Below are positions 23,701-32,000 of a stretch of 32,000 bases of DNA, one piece after another. The DNA is taken from the NCBI GenBank assembly GCA_963704755.1, contig OY969938.1, positions 2,520,001-2,552,000 on the forward strand. The letters are read 5' to 3'. Source of the stretch: an uncultured Chloroflexia bacterium (lineage in GTDB: Bacteria; Chloroflexota; Anaerolineae; Anaerolineales; Anaerolineaceae). Under the pieces are notes generated by a model. The model saw only the letters and a program-made list of their open reading frames with translations. It had not been told where the DNA came from and did no database searches. Made by a program: the position numbers and the translations under genes. Position 1 is the stretch's first letter. Each line of letters begins with the position of its first letter.

Positions 23701-26700
23701 GCGACCACGGTTGGCGGACCCTTGTTGCTGATAGGTTCGTTTCAATCCACGCTCCCCGTGTGGGGAGCGACTGCCCGCCCGATTGGGATGATAGGTTTCG
23801 AGGCCGGTTTCAATCCACGCTCCCCGTGTGGGGAGCGACCACACCGTCGCGATTGTGACGTAGACCGGCTTCGTTTCAATCCACGCTCCCCGTGTGGGGA
23901 GCGACGGGATTGCCCGCTGTTCTGGTTCGTCGGTTTTCTGTTTCAATCCACGCTCCCCGTGTGGGGAGCGACTACCCATATTGAGCTTAAAAAGCGGCAT
24001 CCCAAAGTTTCAATCCACGCTCCCCGTGTGGGGAGCGACAACCCGCTGCCGATCGTAGTCGCCATATCGTCTGGTTTCAATCCACGCTCCCCGTGTGGGG
24101 AGCGACCTGTTGTAACTAGTACCGCGGTAGTAATTAGCATGTTTCAATCCACGCTCCCCGTGTGGGGAGCGACCGACGTTATTGCACACGGTTCGACCGT
24201 CAAGGGCGTTTCAATCCACGCTCCCCGTGTGGGGAGCGACAAAGGCTTCTTCAAACTGTTCAAGTGGTGATTGGGTTTCAATCCACGCTCCCCGTGTGGG
24301 GAGCGACCAATGATGAGAATATTAAAGGTATTGAAGAAGAAGTTTCAATCCACGCTCCCCGTGTGGGGAGCGACTGGAGAATTTACCAGCATAGCCTCAG
24401 CCTGCCAATGGTTTCAATCCACGCTCCCCGTGTGGGGAGCGACCAAGACGAAGCTTGACAAAACTTGTACTCGGAGAAGTTTCAATCCACGCTCCCCGTG
24501 TGGGGAGCGACGGTCGCGGCGGAGATCGACCGGAGATTAGCCGAAGTTTCAATCCACGCTCCCCGTGTGGGGAGCGACGCGGGAGAAAAAAACAGAGCCG
24601 GTCCCAGGAGTTTCAATCCACGCTCCCCGTGTGGGGAGCGACGCCGGCGGCCAGCTCAGATTTCCCATTTTTCTTGGGTTTCAATCCACGCTCCCCGTGT
24701 GGGGAGCGACCCGGATGATCTTCTTCTCCCACGGCAGCAAGGTGTTTCAATCCACGCTCCCCGTGTGGGGAGCGACCGGGTAGGCAGGCTGTTGATCGAG
24801 CGCTTCGGGCGTTTCAATCCACGCTCCCCGTGTGGGGAGCGACAGGCGACCTGTTATGACAAACATCCTGACGGCTGCTGTTTCAATCCACGCTCCCCGT
24901 GTGGGGAGCGACCTCACCCAATCCGGATTGTCCAGGCCGGCCAAAGTATTGTTTCAATCCACGCTCCCCGTGTGGGGAGCGACTTGTTTGGCCAGTTGGG
25001 ATACCTTTCATCGGCCCGTTTCAATCCACGCTCCCCGTGTGGGGAGCGACGACTGTATTCTTCTGTACAAGCCGCGAACTACATGTTTCAATCCACGCTC
25101 CCCGTGTGGGGAGCGACAGCCGGGAACATGGCCGACTTCGCGGTATTGGAGTGTTTCAATCCACGCTCCCCGTGTGGGGAGCGACGCCGTGCGAAGATTG
25201 CTACAACACTGGATGGATAGTTTCAATCCACGCTCCCCGTGTGGGGAGCGACGAGAGGTTGCGCGACTTTGTCGCCGGATAGAGGGCGTTTCAATCCACG
25301 CTCCCCGTGTGGGGAGCGACATTCTACCGTCCGGTTTCAGCCGGCTCAGCAGCGTTTCAATCCACGCTCCCCGTGTGGGGAGCGACGCCATTTCAACGCA
25401 TCCTTTGCGCGTTCGTTGATGTTTCAATCCACGCTCCCCGTGTGGGGAGCGACACCGTGGGTTGCAGAACACTACCAGGACAGGAAGGTTTCAATCCACG
25501 CTCCCCGTGTGGGGAGCGACTATAGCACGACAATAAGGACAAAGCAAAATGAGAAGTTTCAATCCACGCTCCCCGTGTGGGGAGCGACCAGACAGAGATG
25601 GAGCGGATCGGCGATCTAAATGGTTTCAATCCACGCTCCCCGTGTGGGGAGCGACATACAACAGCGGGAGCTGCACTGCGTACCCTGGTTTCAATCCACG
25701 CTCCCCGTGTGGGGAGCGACACGGACCGGGCACTCGAACGAGGCGTGTCTCCCATGTTTCAATCCACGCTCCCCGTGTGGGGAGCGACTGCTCGCCCGGC
25801 CAAATCCCGGTCGCGCTCTTATGTTTCAATCCACGCTCCCCGTGTGGGGAGCGACGCGGATAACCCAGGGCAATCGACTGTGAAAGCGCAGTTTCAATCC
25901 ACGCTCCCCGTGTGGGGAGCGACCCGATGATTTCGCTGGGTACGATCAATACGATCCTGTTTCAATCCACGCTCCCCGTGTGGGGAGCGACCCGATGACG
26001 CTACGACAGTTCTGGCTGCGGCAGTAAAGGGTGTTTCAATCCACGCTCCCCGTGTGGGGAGCGACAAGGAGTAATTACCATGACGATCAGGCAAGACGTT
26101 TCAATCCACGCTCCCCGTGTGGGGAGCGACCCGATGACATGAAACGCGAGGCGCATGATCTGCGCGTTTCAATCCACGCTCCCCGTGTGGGGAGCGACTT
26201 GGCTGGGGTGGGACCTAAAAATACCCGACCTGGTTTCAATCCACGCTCCCCGTGTGGGGAGCGACTTGTACAACAGCAGGATATCGAGCAGCATCACTTG
26301 GTTTCAATCCACGCTCCCCGTGTGGGGAGCGACAAGGCACTGTCGGTTCTTCCGGAGCCGCATCGATGTTTCAATCCACGCTCCCCGTGTGGGGAGCGAC
26401 GGCGATCCCTTCGCCGTGATCGCGGCGCTCACTGGTTTCAATCCACGCTCCCCGTGTGGGGAGCGACCGGTATTGACATGCAAAAACTGGCCGACGATTA
26501 GTTTCAATCCACGCTCCCCGTGTGGGGAGCGACCGACAACCGCCGGGATATTTTGGGTGTACGACTGTTTCAATCCACGCTCCCCGTGTGGGGAGCGACG
26601 CGCAGGTAAAAACTACAATACAGATTCGTTCCAGGTTTCAATCCACGCTCCCCGTGTGGGGAGCGACTGGGCGAGCGGGGATCCGCAGGGAACGGGGTGT

Positions 26701-27601
26701 TTCAATCCACGCTCCCCGTGTGGGGAGCGACATGGACAGAGTTCTTGGAATTGACATCAGCCACTGGTTTCAATCCACGCTCCCCGTGTGGGGAGCGACT
26801 TGGGGTAACTGCCCAGGACTTGAGCGGCGAACAGTTTCAATCCACGCTCCCCGTGTGGGGAGCGACCAGAAACCGTCAATCAGGAGATTGGCATTCGCCT
26901 GTTTCAATCCACGCTCCCCGTGTGGGGAGCGACTATATGTTTTTACCGATTTCCACGTTGTTTGGGTTGTTTCAATCCACGCTCCCCGTGTGGGGAGCGA
27001 CAACCGGTTTCAGCGCATCGGCATCGACCTGACCCGTTTCAATCCACGCTCCCCGTGTGGGGAGCGACATGTCTGGATATCCATGCCGTCGTCTTGTGAC
27101 GGGTTTCAATCCACGCTCCCCGTGTGGGGAGCGACCGCCCACATTGGGATTACGTTACAGGAGATGGTATGTTTCAATCCACGCTCCCCGTGTGGGGAGC
27201 GACGTCCTCCCTGTTCTTAAAGAGTTTGCCTTTCTTGTTTCAATCCACGCTCCCCGTGTGGGGAGCGACATGAGCAGAAGTTGACCCATGCCCAAAAACG
27301 ATTGTTTCAATCCACGCTCCCCGTGTGGGGAGCGACTATAATTATCTGTATCGAACAAGGAGCGCAAAATGTTTCAATCCACGCTCCCCGTGTGGGGAGC
27401 GACTTGCCATCATCGTCTTTGCCGGCCGACCGGGAGTTTCAATCCACGCTCCCCGTGTGGGGAGCGACAGAATACTTCGGTGGTTTCATCACCGGGCCTG
27501 GTAGTTTCAATCCACGCTCCCCGTGTGGGGAGCGACGATCTGCTCGGCAGTGTTTTCCAGGTCAGCCGGTTTCAATCCACGCTCCCCGTGTGGGGAGCGA
27601 C
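20780..27601 (-). CRISPR. CRISPR array, type I-C repeat family, 102 repeats and 101 spacers
   Basis: I located every repeat by hand. The 33-nt repeat is GTTTCAATCCACGCTCCCCGTGTGGGGAGCGAC on the plus strand, which is GTCGCTCCCCACACGGGGAGCGTGGATTGAAAC on the minus strand (stem GCTCCCC/GGGGAGC, 3' ATTGAAAC tag typical of I-C). Spacers are 31-41 nt, mostly 33-35. The two repeats at the low-coordinate end are degenerate (20780-20812 with 8 mismatches; 20847-20881 is 35 nt). Single-base repeat variants occur at 21794 and 22670. Polarity is inferred from the repeat orientation, the trailer decay, and cas2 and the leader lying at the high-coordinate end. Confidence 0.98.
22506..22769 (-). repeat. Tandem duplication of a two-spacer block (2 x 132 bp) inside the array
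   Basis: Spacers AGACGATCGCGGAGCTTGTCATACGCGCATTT and ACCCAGGGCTGCAAATGATGGTCGAGCGGATAAT occur at 22506/22571 and again at 22638/22703. The repeat at 22670, inside the second copy of the block, carries a C->T variant (GTTTCAATTCACGC). Confidence 0.95.
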
Positions 27602-27770
27602 CGCAACATCTGGGTAAAAAAAATCTTCAGCCCCCAAATGTTGGCCGTTCTATCCTCATTGTACCCGTTCTTGCCGTTTCTCCACTCTTTTTTTTGCAAT
27701 TATTCGGTTATTAAGGTTCCAAATCCGCGCGAACCGATCCATAAAAATATGGGCACTTGCGGTTCGCGAT
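27602..27770 (-). promoter_or_regulatory. CRISPR leader (between cas2 and the first repeat)
   Basis: A/T-tract-rich 169 bp between the cas2 stop and the leader-proximal repeat. A TACAAT -10-like hexamer on the minus strand (27658-27663) lies about 57 nt upstream of the first repeat. The cas2-proximal part contains the hairpin CGCGAACCG (27728-27736) / CGGTTCGCG (27760-27768). Confidence 0.6.
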
Positions 27771-28061
27771 TCAGGCCATCAACGTACCTTCCAGGTCGGG
27801 GGTCTTTTTTGCACCCACATGTTCCACCTTCTTGCGCCAGTGGTCACCCAGGGAATAAAAGCGCAGGCTATCCTTATCCTGGTCGATCAATTCTTCCAGC
27901 CGGGCGCGCAATTGCACCAGGCAAGCCGGCTCGATCAGGCATTCGAACACTGAATTCTGCACTCTTATGCCGTAGTTCTGGCAGGCTTTAGCCACCTTGC
28001 GCAGCCTTTTCTTACCTGCTGCCGTCTCGGTATTGACATCATAGGTGATCAGCACGAACAT
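27771..28061 (-). CDS. cas2: CRISPR-associated endoribonuclease Cas2
   Basis: 96 aa. MFVLITYDVNTETAAGKKRLRKVAKACQNYGIRVQNSVFEC is the canonical Cas2 N-terminus. Last gene before the array. Confidence 0.92.
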   Translation of the reverse strand: MFVLITYDVNTETAAGKKRLRKVAKACQNYGIRVQNSVFECLIEPACLVQLRARLEELIDQDKDSLRFYSLGDHWRKKVEHVGAKKTPDLEGTLMA

Positions 28062-28070
28062 GAGCCCCTC

Positions 28071-29102
28071 TCAATTCCAGAAGAAAGGTGGGTATGCGTC
28101 CAGGTCGCCGCGCAGATGGCGCACCAACAGCATGGCCTGCACGTAAGGGATCAAGCCAAAAGGGATTTTCTCTTTCAGAAACGGGTGCACAATTTCCTCC
28201 TGCTTGCGCGCCTGCCAGGCCGTGAGAACGGTCTTACGGGTTTCGTCGTCCATCAGGATCCCGCCGCTCTCCTTTTGCACGAAACCCTTGCCGCTCACCT
28301 GCTTGCGGTTGACCAGCGAAAGCGCCAGCCGGTCAGCAAAGACCGGCCGCAGCTCCTCCATCAGGTCCAAGGCTAACGATGGCCGGCCCGGGCGTTCGGT
28401 GTGCAAGAAACCAACGTACGGGTCCAACCCAACCGTCTCGAGGGCCGTGACGGCCTCGTTGGTGAGCAGGGTATAGAAGAAGGAGAGCAGCGAATTCATC
28501 CGGTCCAGGGGCGGGCGCCGGTTGCGCTCCGTGAAGGTGAAATCGGCCTGCTGCTGCAAGATCAACTGGTCGAACACACCAAAGTATATTTTGGCAGCGC
28601 TGCCCTCGAAGGCCATCAACTCGGCGGTGCCGGTGCAATCGGGCAAGGCCAGAACGGTTTGGAGGAGGAACGCAGATGCCTTCTTCAATGCGGGCACGTC
28701 CACCAGCATGGCGTGGTCGCGAAGCGCGCGCTGCAGAACTTTGCGGCTGTTGGCCACCTTGCCAATGAGAAACGAAGCCGCGATGGCCGCACACGCGTCC
28801 TCTTTTGCGGAGATTTCGTACTGCCTCTTGCGCAAAAGCACATTGCCGCGCTGCTTTCCCGAGACGCGCGCCAGAAAGCGTCCATGCGGTGTGACGAAAC
28901 ACAAGCCGATATTGCGTTCAGCACAAGCGCCCATCAAGGCCGGGCTAACGCCCTGGTAGTTGAAGCAAACCACGTTTTCCAGGTTGTGCAGCGGCAGCCG
29001 GACCGGTTTTTCATCGTCCTTCTTGACCAGGATCGTTTCGCCATCCAGCGACAGGTAAGCCTCGGGCGAGGTGATGTAGAGAACATTTGCCAGGCGTTTC
29101 AT
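28071..29102 (-). CDS. cas1: CRISPR-associated endonuclease Cas1 (type I-C)
   Basis: 343 aa, in operon position between cas4 and cas2. N-terminus LYITSPEAYLSLDGETILVKK. C-terminal half NSLLSFFYTLL...VGLDPYVGFLHTERPGRPSLALDLMEELRP is typical of the Cas1 catalytic domain. Confidence 0.93.
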   Translation of the reverse strand: MKRLANVLYITSPEAYLSLDGETILVKKDDEKPVRLPLHNLENVVCFNYQGVSPALMGACAERNIGLCFVTPHGRFLARVSGKQRGNVLLRKRQYEISAKEDACAAIAASFLIGKVANSRKVLQRALRDHAMLVDVPALKKASAFLLQTVLALPDCTGTAELMAFEGSAAKIYFGVFDQLILQQQADFTFTERNRRPPLDRMNSLLSFFYTLLTNEAVTALETVGLDPYVGFLHTERPGRPSLALDLMEELRPVFADRLALSLVNRKQVSGKGFVQKESGGILMDDETRKTVLTAWQARKQEEIVHPFLKEKIPFGLIPYVQAMLLVRHLRGDLDAYPPFFWN

Positions 29103-29105
29103 GGG

Positions 29106-29777
29106 TTATTCTTTTTCGATCTCCTGCCGGATGTAAGCCGAGGCGGCCAGCCGTTTCTCCTGCAGGTCCGGCAGGCATAGGTCCGCCAGCGAGCAGGCGC
29201 GGCAGGCTTTGGACGTTTTGACGCGCGGCGTATACCCGCGAGCGAAATACGCGTGCATCTCGGCGCTCATCGAAGCCACCAGGGCGCGCAGGTCATCCGT
29301 GAGCGCAATCTCGACCCGGTGGCGGATTTCGCCATAGTAGAGAAAGCCTAGCGGCACGTCCACCGAGAGCATCTCTTCCAGGCAGACGGCCTGGGCGCAC
29401 AGTTGGGCCTGGTCGTAGGGTTCGGTTTTGGGCTGGCCGCGTTTGTATTCCACCGGGGCGGGCAGGTACAACCCTTCGCGCCCCGGCAAGTGGATGCCAC
29501 CATCAGCACGGGTGAACTCGATCACGTCGCACACGCCGGCCAGGCCCAACCGGTAGGAGCTAATGGGCACGGCCCGCGCGGTGACCACGCCGTTGCGCAG
29601 CTCGGTAAAAAAGGGATCATCCGTGCGTTTGTGCAACAGTCGGCCCTCGGCCGTGCGGGCATTCTCCTGCCACTGCCGCTCGACGTGGATCAGCGCCCAC
29701 TGCCGGCGGCAGAAAAGGAAATGCTGGATGCCGGAGAGGGGCAGCAGTTCTTCGGCGCTGTATTCGGATTTATTCAT
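29106..29777 (-). CDS. cas4: CRISPR-associated exonuclease Cas4 (RecB-like, Fe-S)
   Basis: N-terminal Cys (IQHFLFCRRQWAL). RecB motifs (GVCDVIEF, PVEYKRG). C-terminal CRACSLADLC cysteine cluster. Confidence 0.9.
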   Translation of the reverse strand: MNKSEYSAEELLPLSGIQHFLFCRRQWALIHVERQWQENARTAEGRLLHKRTDDPFFTELRNGVVTARAVPISSYRLGLAGVCDVIEFTRADGGIHLPGREGLYLPAPVEYKRGQPKTEPYDQAQLCAQAVCLEEMLSVDVPLGFLYYGEIRHRVEIALTDDLRALVASMSAEMHAYFARGYTPRVKTSKACRACSLADLCLPDLQEKRLAASAYIRQEIEKE

Positions 29778-29788
29778 TCCGCCGGTGT

Positions 29789-30649
29789 TTATTCACCCTC
29801 GATTTCTTCACACGCCAGGTCAGGGAGTGCATTTAAGACAACGTCGTAATCATCGATGGAATTCGGCTCCTCGATGCCCGGTTTCAGGTGTACTTCCAAC
29901 AAACGATGAACCTTGGCCGATGAATATTGCCCATTAGGACAGTTGTGCTCCCACCAGTAGACCCTGTAAACTTCCATGCTGCCTTCCGGTCGGGCAGAAG
30001 AAGCGTCGTTACGAAATAAGGTTATCAACGCCTTCTTGATTTCTTCAGCATCGTCATTGGAAAAACCAGTTAAGCTGGCCAGTTGCGGGTTCATACTGCC
30101 GTAAAACACATACACACCATGGTCCACGCGGTGTTTCATACCCATCGTATCGGATGCGCGTTTTGTGCCGTCACCTTCACCACTGACGCTCTTCGTAATC
30201 TGGGTACTGGTGACGCGGTCGAGCACAGGTGCCACTGAAAATGCCGGATGGATAGACACAGGCCCGCGAATACCGATCGATACTCCCGCAGCCTCGCCTC
30301 CACTAAAGGCAAAAACCTGCCCAAAAGCGCGCACATCCATCCATTCCTCACAAGCAGCTTCACGGAATTTAGTATCGTTTTTCATGTCTTCTTTTTTGAG
30401 CGTACCTTCAGCCCGCGATCGTAAACTGCGGTATGCATCCATGCGCTTGTCATCCGATTGAACGAAAATCGATTTACCTTCATCCATTAACCGATTACGA
30501 ATTTTCCGTTTGATGGCCACATCAGAAATTTCCCCTTTGCCGTCATAATCGTACCGTGGGCGATTCCCATTCAATGGGTCCCCATTCGGATTAGCATTTT
30601 TCACAGAAAGGATCACAGCAAAGTCAATTTTGTTGCTTAGGGTAGTCAT
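29789..30649 (-). CDS. cas7: Cas7 backbone subunit, type I-C (Csd2)
   Basis: ILSVKNANPNGDPLNGNRPRYDYDGKGEISDVAIKRKIRNRL is the Csd2/Csh2 family signature. ATG 30649 (MTTLSNK) follows AAGGAGA; the track start at 30673 is less likely. Confidence 0.9.
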   Translation of the reverse strand: MTTLSNKIDFAVILSVKNANPNGDPLNGNRPRYDYDGKGEISDVAIKRKIRNRLMDEGKSIFVQSDDKRMDAYRSLRSRAEGTLKKEDMKNDTKFREAACEEWMDVRAFGQVFAFSGGEAAGVSIGIRGPVSIHPAFSVAPVLDRVTSTQITKSVSGEGDGTKRASDTMGMKHRVDHGVYVFYGSMNPQLASLTGFSNDDAEEIKKALITLFRNDASSARPEGSMEVYRVYWWEHNCPNGQYSSAKVHRLLEVHLKPGIEEPNSIDDYDVVLNALPDLACEEIEGE

Positions 30650-30690
30650 TGTAGTAAATCTCCTTGTATACATATTGTGGATTTCAAAAA

Positions 30691-32000
30691 TTAGGCGATA
30701 TCGATCTCTTCGCTATCCTCTGTCGTGGCGCTTTTATCCTTTTTCTCCATAAGTTTCTGGCGCTGGCAGTAGAAGCCGAGTAGATATTCACCGGTTAAAG
30801 ATTTATTGGAGATGAAATCCTCCGTTGTAAAAAGGCTTTCAACATCCGAAATCAGGTTTTTATAGTAGCCAGCGCCATGCAATTTGACCATATAGGGTGA
30901 AAGCGCATCATGAATTTGTTTCCAGGTGCGGAACGGGCTTTGGGAGAACTGTTGCATGTACCTGGCGGCATTTGTTGCCCGCTTTTGCTCCCCTTTATAA
31001 AGGGCTCTTTCCTCCAGAACATCGGCAATAGCAAGCAACCTGCCATAAAGATAATCCCTTGAAGTTCTGTTTTCATCGAGCGGCATATCGAAATTCTCCT
31101 TTCCCTGCTTGAACTTTTTATAGAGTGCACAGGCTATACTCAAGGTTTTCTGCCATTCCCATTCACCCAATCCGGCCCGGTTCGAAGCCCGCCTTACAGA
31201 CGATTTAACCAGGTCTCTGGGGATAGGTTGGGCATCCACAATACAAGGCAGTAAGCGGGCTATCGTGGTTTTCCGCAATTTATCGTCCACCCTGCTTCCA
31301 AACGCTGCTTCAGCGATATCAGATGGTGCAGGAGCGCCAAAAAACGGAACGAATTTCTTCTTCCCACTTTCCTTGTCTACTACGTCACGGTAACGGTGCA
31401 GCCAGGCACAGGACGTGTGCCAGCCATCGATTCGGCCTAGAAAATCGGACCCCTTCAATTCACGATAATAGGTGATGGACAGGCGGCCAGGTGTGGCCGA
31501 ATCGACGGCCATAACAGCTACATCTTCCGTTTCGCCAAGCGACTTGCCATAACCGGCAATCCGGTTTTTTAGAGGTATCGCAATTTCCTGGGCGGTGTAG
31601 GCGTTCACCTCAGCTTCTGAGGCCGAATCACCAAATAGCAAGTCGATGGCATCATCTGTCGGTTGTGGCACTGATTTGCCAGAGGTAGCCCAGGCAACAA
31701 TGGCCAGGTCGCCTCTTCGATAACCCTGCCGGCTGATGAGCCAGGCCAAGGCATAATGGGCTTTTTGTGAAGCCTCAAGACTGACGCCACAGGCTTGCGT
31801 GTCCCGGATGAACCGGCCCCTAAAAGTAAACCCACCGGTGTCATTGGCCGAAATAATTTTGGCGCCATCACCTTCCCGACGTATGTATTTGGGATGATTG
31901 GTGGTGATGAAGCGCTCCTCTCCGGTGGCAAAACAGAGGCCCTTTTCACTCCGGTCGTTGAGGTAATAATCTGTCCAGCTACGCCACAAACTCTCGTCTC
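30691..32000 (-). CDS. cas8c: Cas8c large subunit, type I-C (Csd1), N-terminus truncated by the window edge
   Basis: It sits upstream of csd2. The frame stays open to position 32000 (the M at 31989 in the track is a TTG in an open frame). The motif CFATGEERFITTNHPKYIRREGDGAKIISANDTGGFTFRGRF matches my memory of Csd1. Confidence 0.8.
   Translation of the reverse strand, partial: DESLWRSWTDYYLNDRSEKGLCFATGEERFITTNHPKYIRREGDGAKIISANDTGGFTFRGRFIRDTQACGVSLEASQKAHYALAWLISRQGYRRGDLAIVAWATSGKSVPQPTDDAIDLLFGDSASEAEVNAYTAQEIAIPLKNRIAGYGKSLGETEDVAVMAVDSATPGRLSITYYRELKGSDFLGRIDGWHTSCAWLHRYRDVVDKESGKKKFVPFFGAPAPSDIAEAAFGSRVDDKLRKTTIARLLPCIVDAQPIPRDLVKSSVRRASNRAGLGEWEWQKTLSIACALYKKFKQGKENFDMPLDENRTSRDYLYGRLLAIADVLEERALYKGEQKRATNAARYMQQFSQSPFRTWKQIHDALSPYMVKLHGAGYYKNLISDVESLFTTEDFISNKSLTGEYLLGFYCQRQKLMEKKDKSATTEDSEEIDIA

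Noticed and set aside
24777-25890. Apparent similarity of spacers to backbone genes. CGGGTAGGC in the spacer at 24777 matches gene X at 11608, and GCGGATAAC in the spacer at 25856 matches dnaN at 5155.
   Set aside because: The matches are only 9 nt and do not extend, which is consistent with chance. They are not evidence of self-targeting, and a full computational search is still needed.
20834-27991. Dozens of ORFs of 60-394 aa on both strands with recurring peptides (FQSTLPVWGAT, VSIHAPRVGSD, FNPRSPCGER, SLPTRGAWIET, RSPHGERGLK).
   Set aside because: They are translations of the 33-nt CRISPR repeat in different frames, interrupted by spacers. The periodicity equals the repeat-spacer unit, so this is not coding sequence.
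27281-27991. A 236-aa plus-strand ORF running from the last repeats through the leader into cas2.
   Set aside because: Its first part is repeat-derived, its remainder is antisense to cas2, and its composition is low-complexity P/S/G-rich. It is an artefact.

Overview
This 32-kb window is a compositional mosaic, read by eye with no searches run.

(1) Positions 1-5236 and 11575-16068 are G+C-rich. They carry a phage/ICE-like replication, recombination and anti-restriction module: a SWIM-Rad52 fusion, SSB, RadC, a very acidic small protein, a DnaN sliding clamp, an unknown 350-aa protein (called X here), and an 1104-aa N6-adenine methyltransferase-SNF2 helicase fusion.

(2) Two strongly A+T-rich cargo cassettes sit between dnaN and gene X.
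- Cargo A (about 5237-9734, minus strand) encodes a caspase-like C14 protease, a radical SAM/SPASM enzyme, a translationally coupled 70-aa acidic peptide and a 2-TM protein.
- Cargo B (about 9999-11560, minus strand) encodes an Abi-like protein.
- The two are separated by a 264-bp chimeric relic (9735-9998) made of a diverged copy of the 5' end of X joined to a diverged copy of the 3' end of dnaN. This suggests two alternative cargo alleles of one hotspot were stacked by recombination.

(3) Positions 16069-19681 are A+T-rich and hold a regulatory/integration module: an XRE-type HTH protein, a NarL/LuxR-type response regulator lacking the phospho-acceptor Asp, a small ORF and a large serine recombinase.

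(4) Positions 20780-27601 are a CRISPR array of 102 repeats and 101 spacers with 33-nt repeats. The repeat reads GTCGCTCCCCACACGGGGAGCGTGGATTGAAAC on the minus strand. The array contains internal spacer duplications, and its degenerate trailer repeats lie at the low-coordinate end.

(5) Positions 27771-32000 hold type I-C cas genes on the minus strand: cas2, cas1, cas4, cas7/csd2 and a cas8c/csd1 that runs off the window edge. cas5 and cas3 are presumably beyond the window.

The best candidate for an undescribed system is the cargo A caspase / rSAM-SPASM / peptide / membrane-protein cassette. All family assignments rest on motifs read in the translations and need HMM or structure confirmation.
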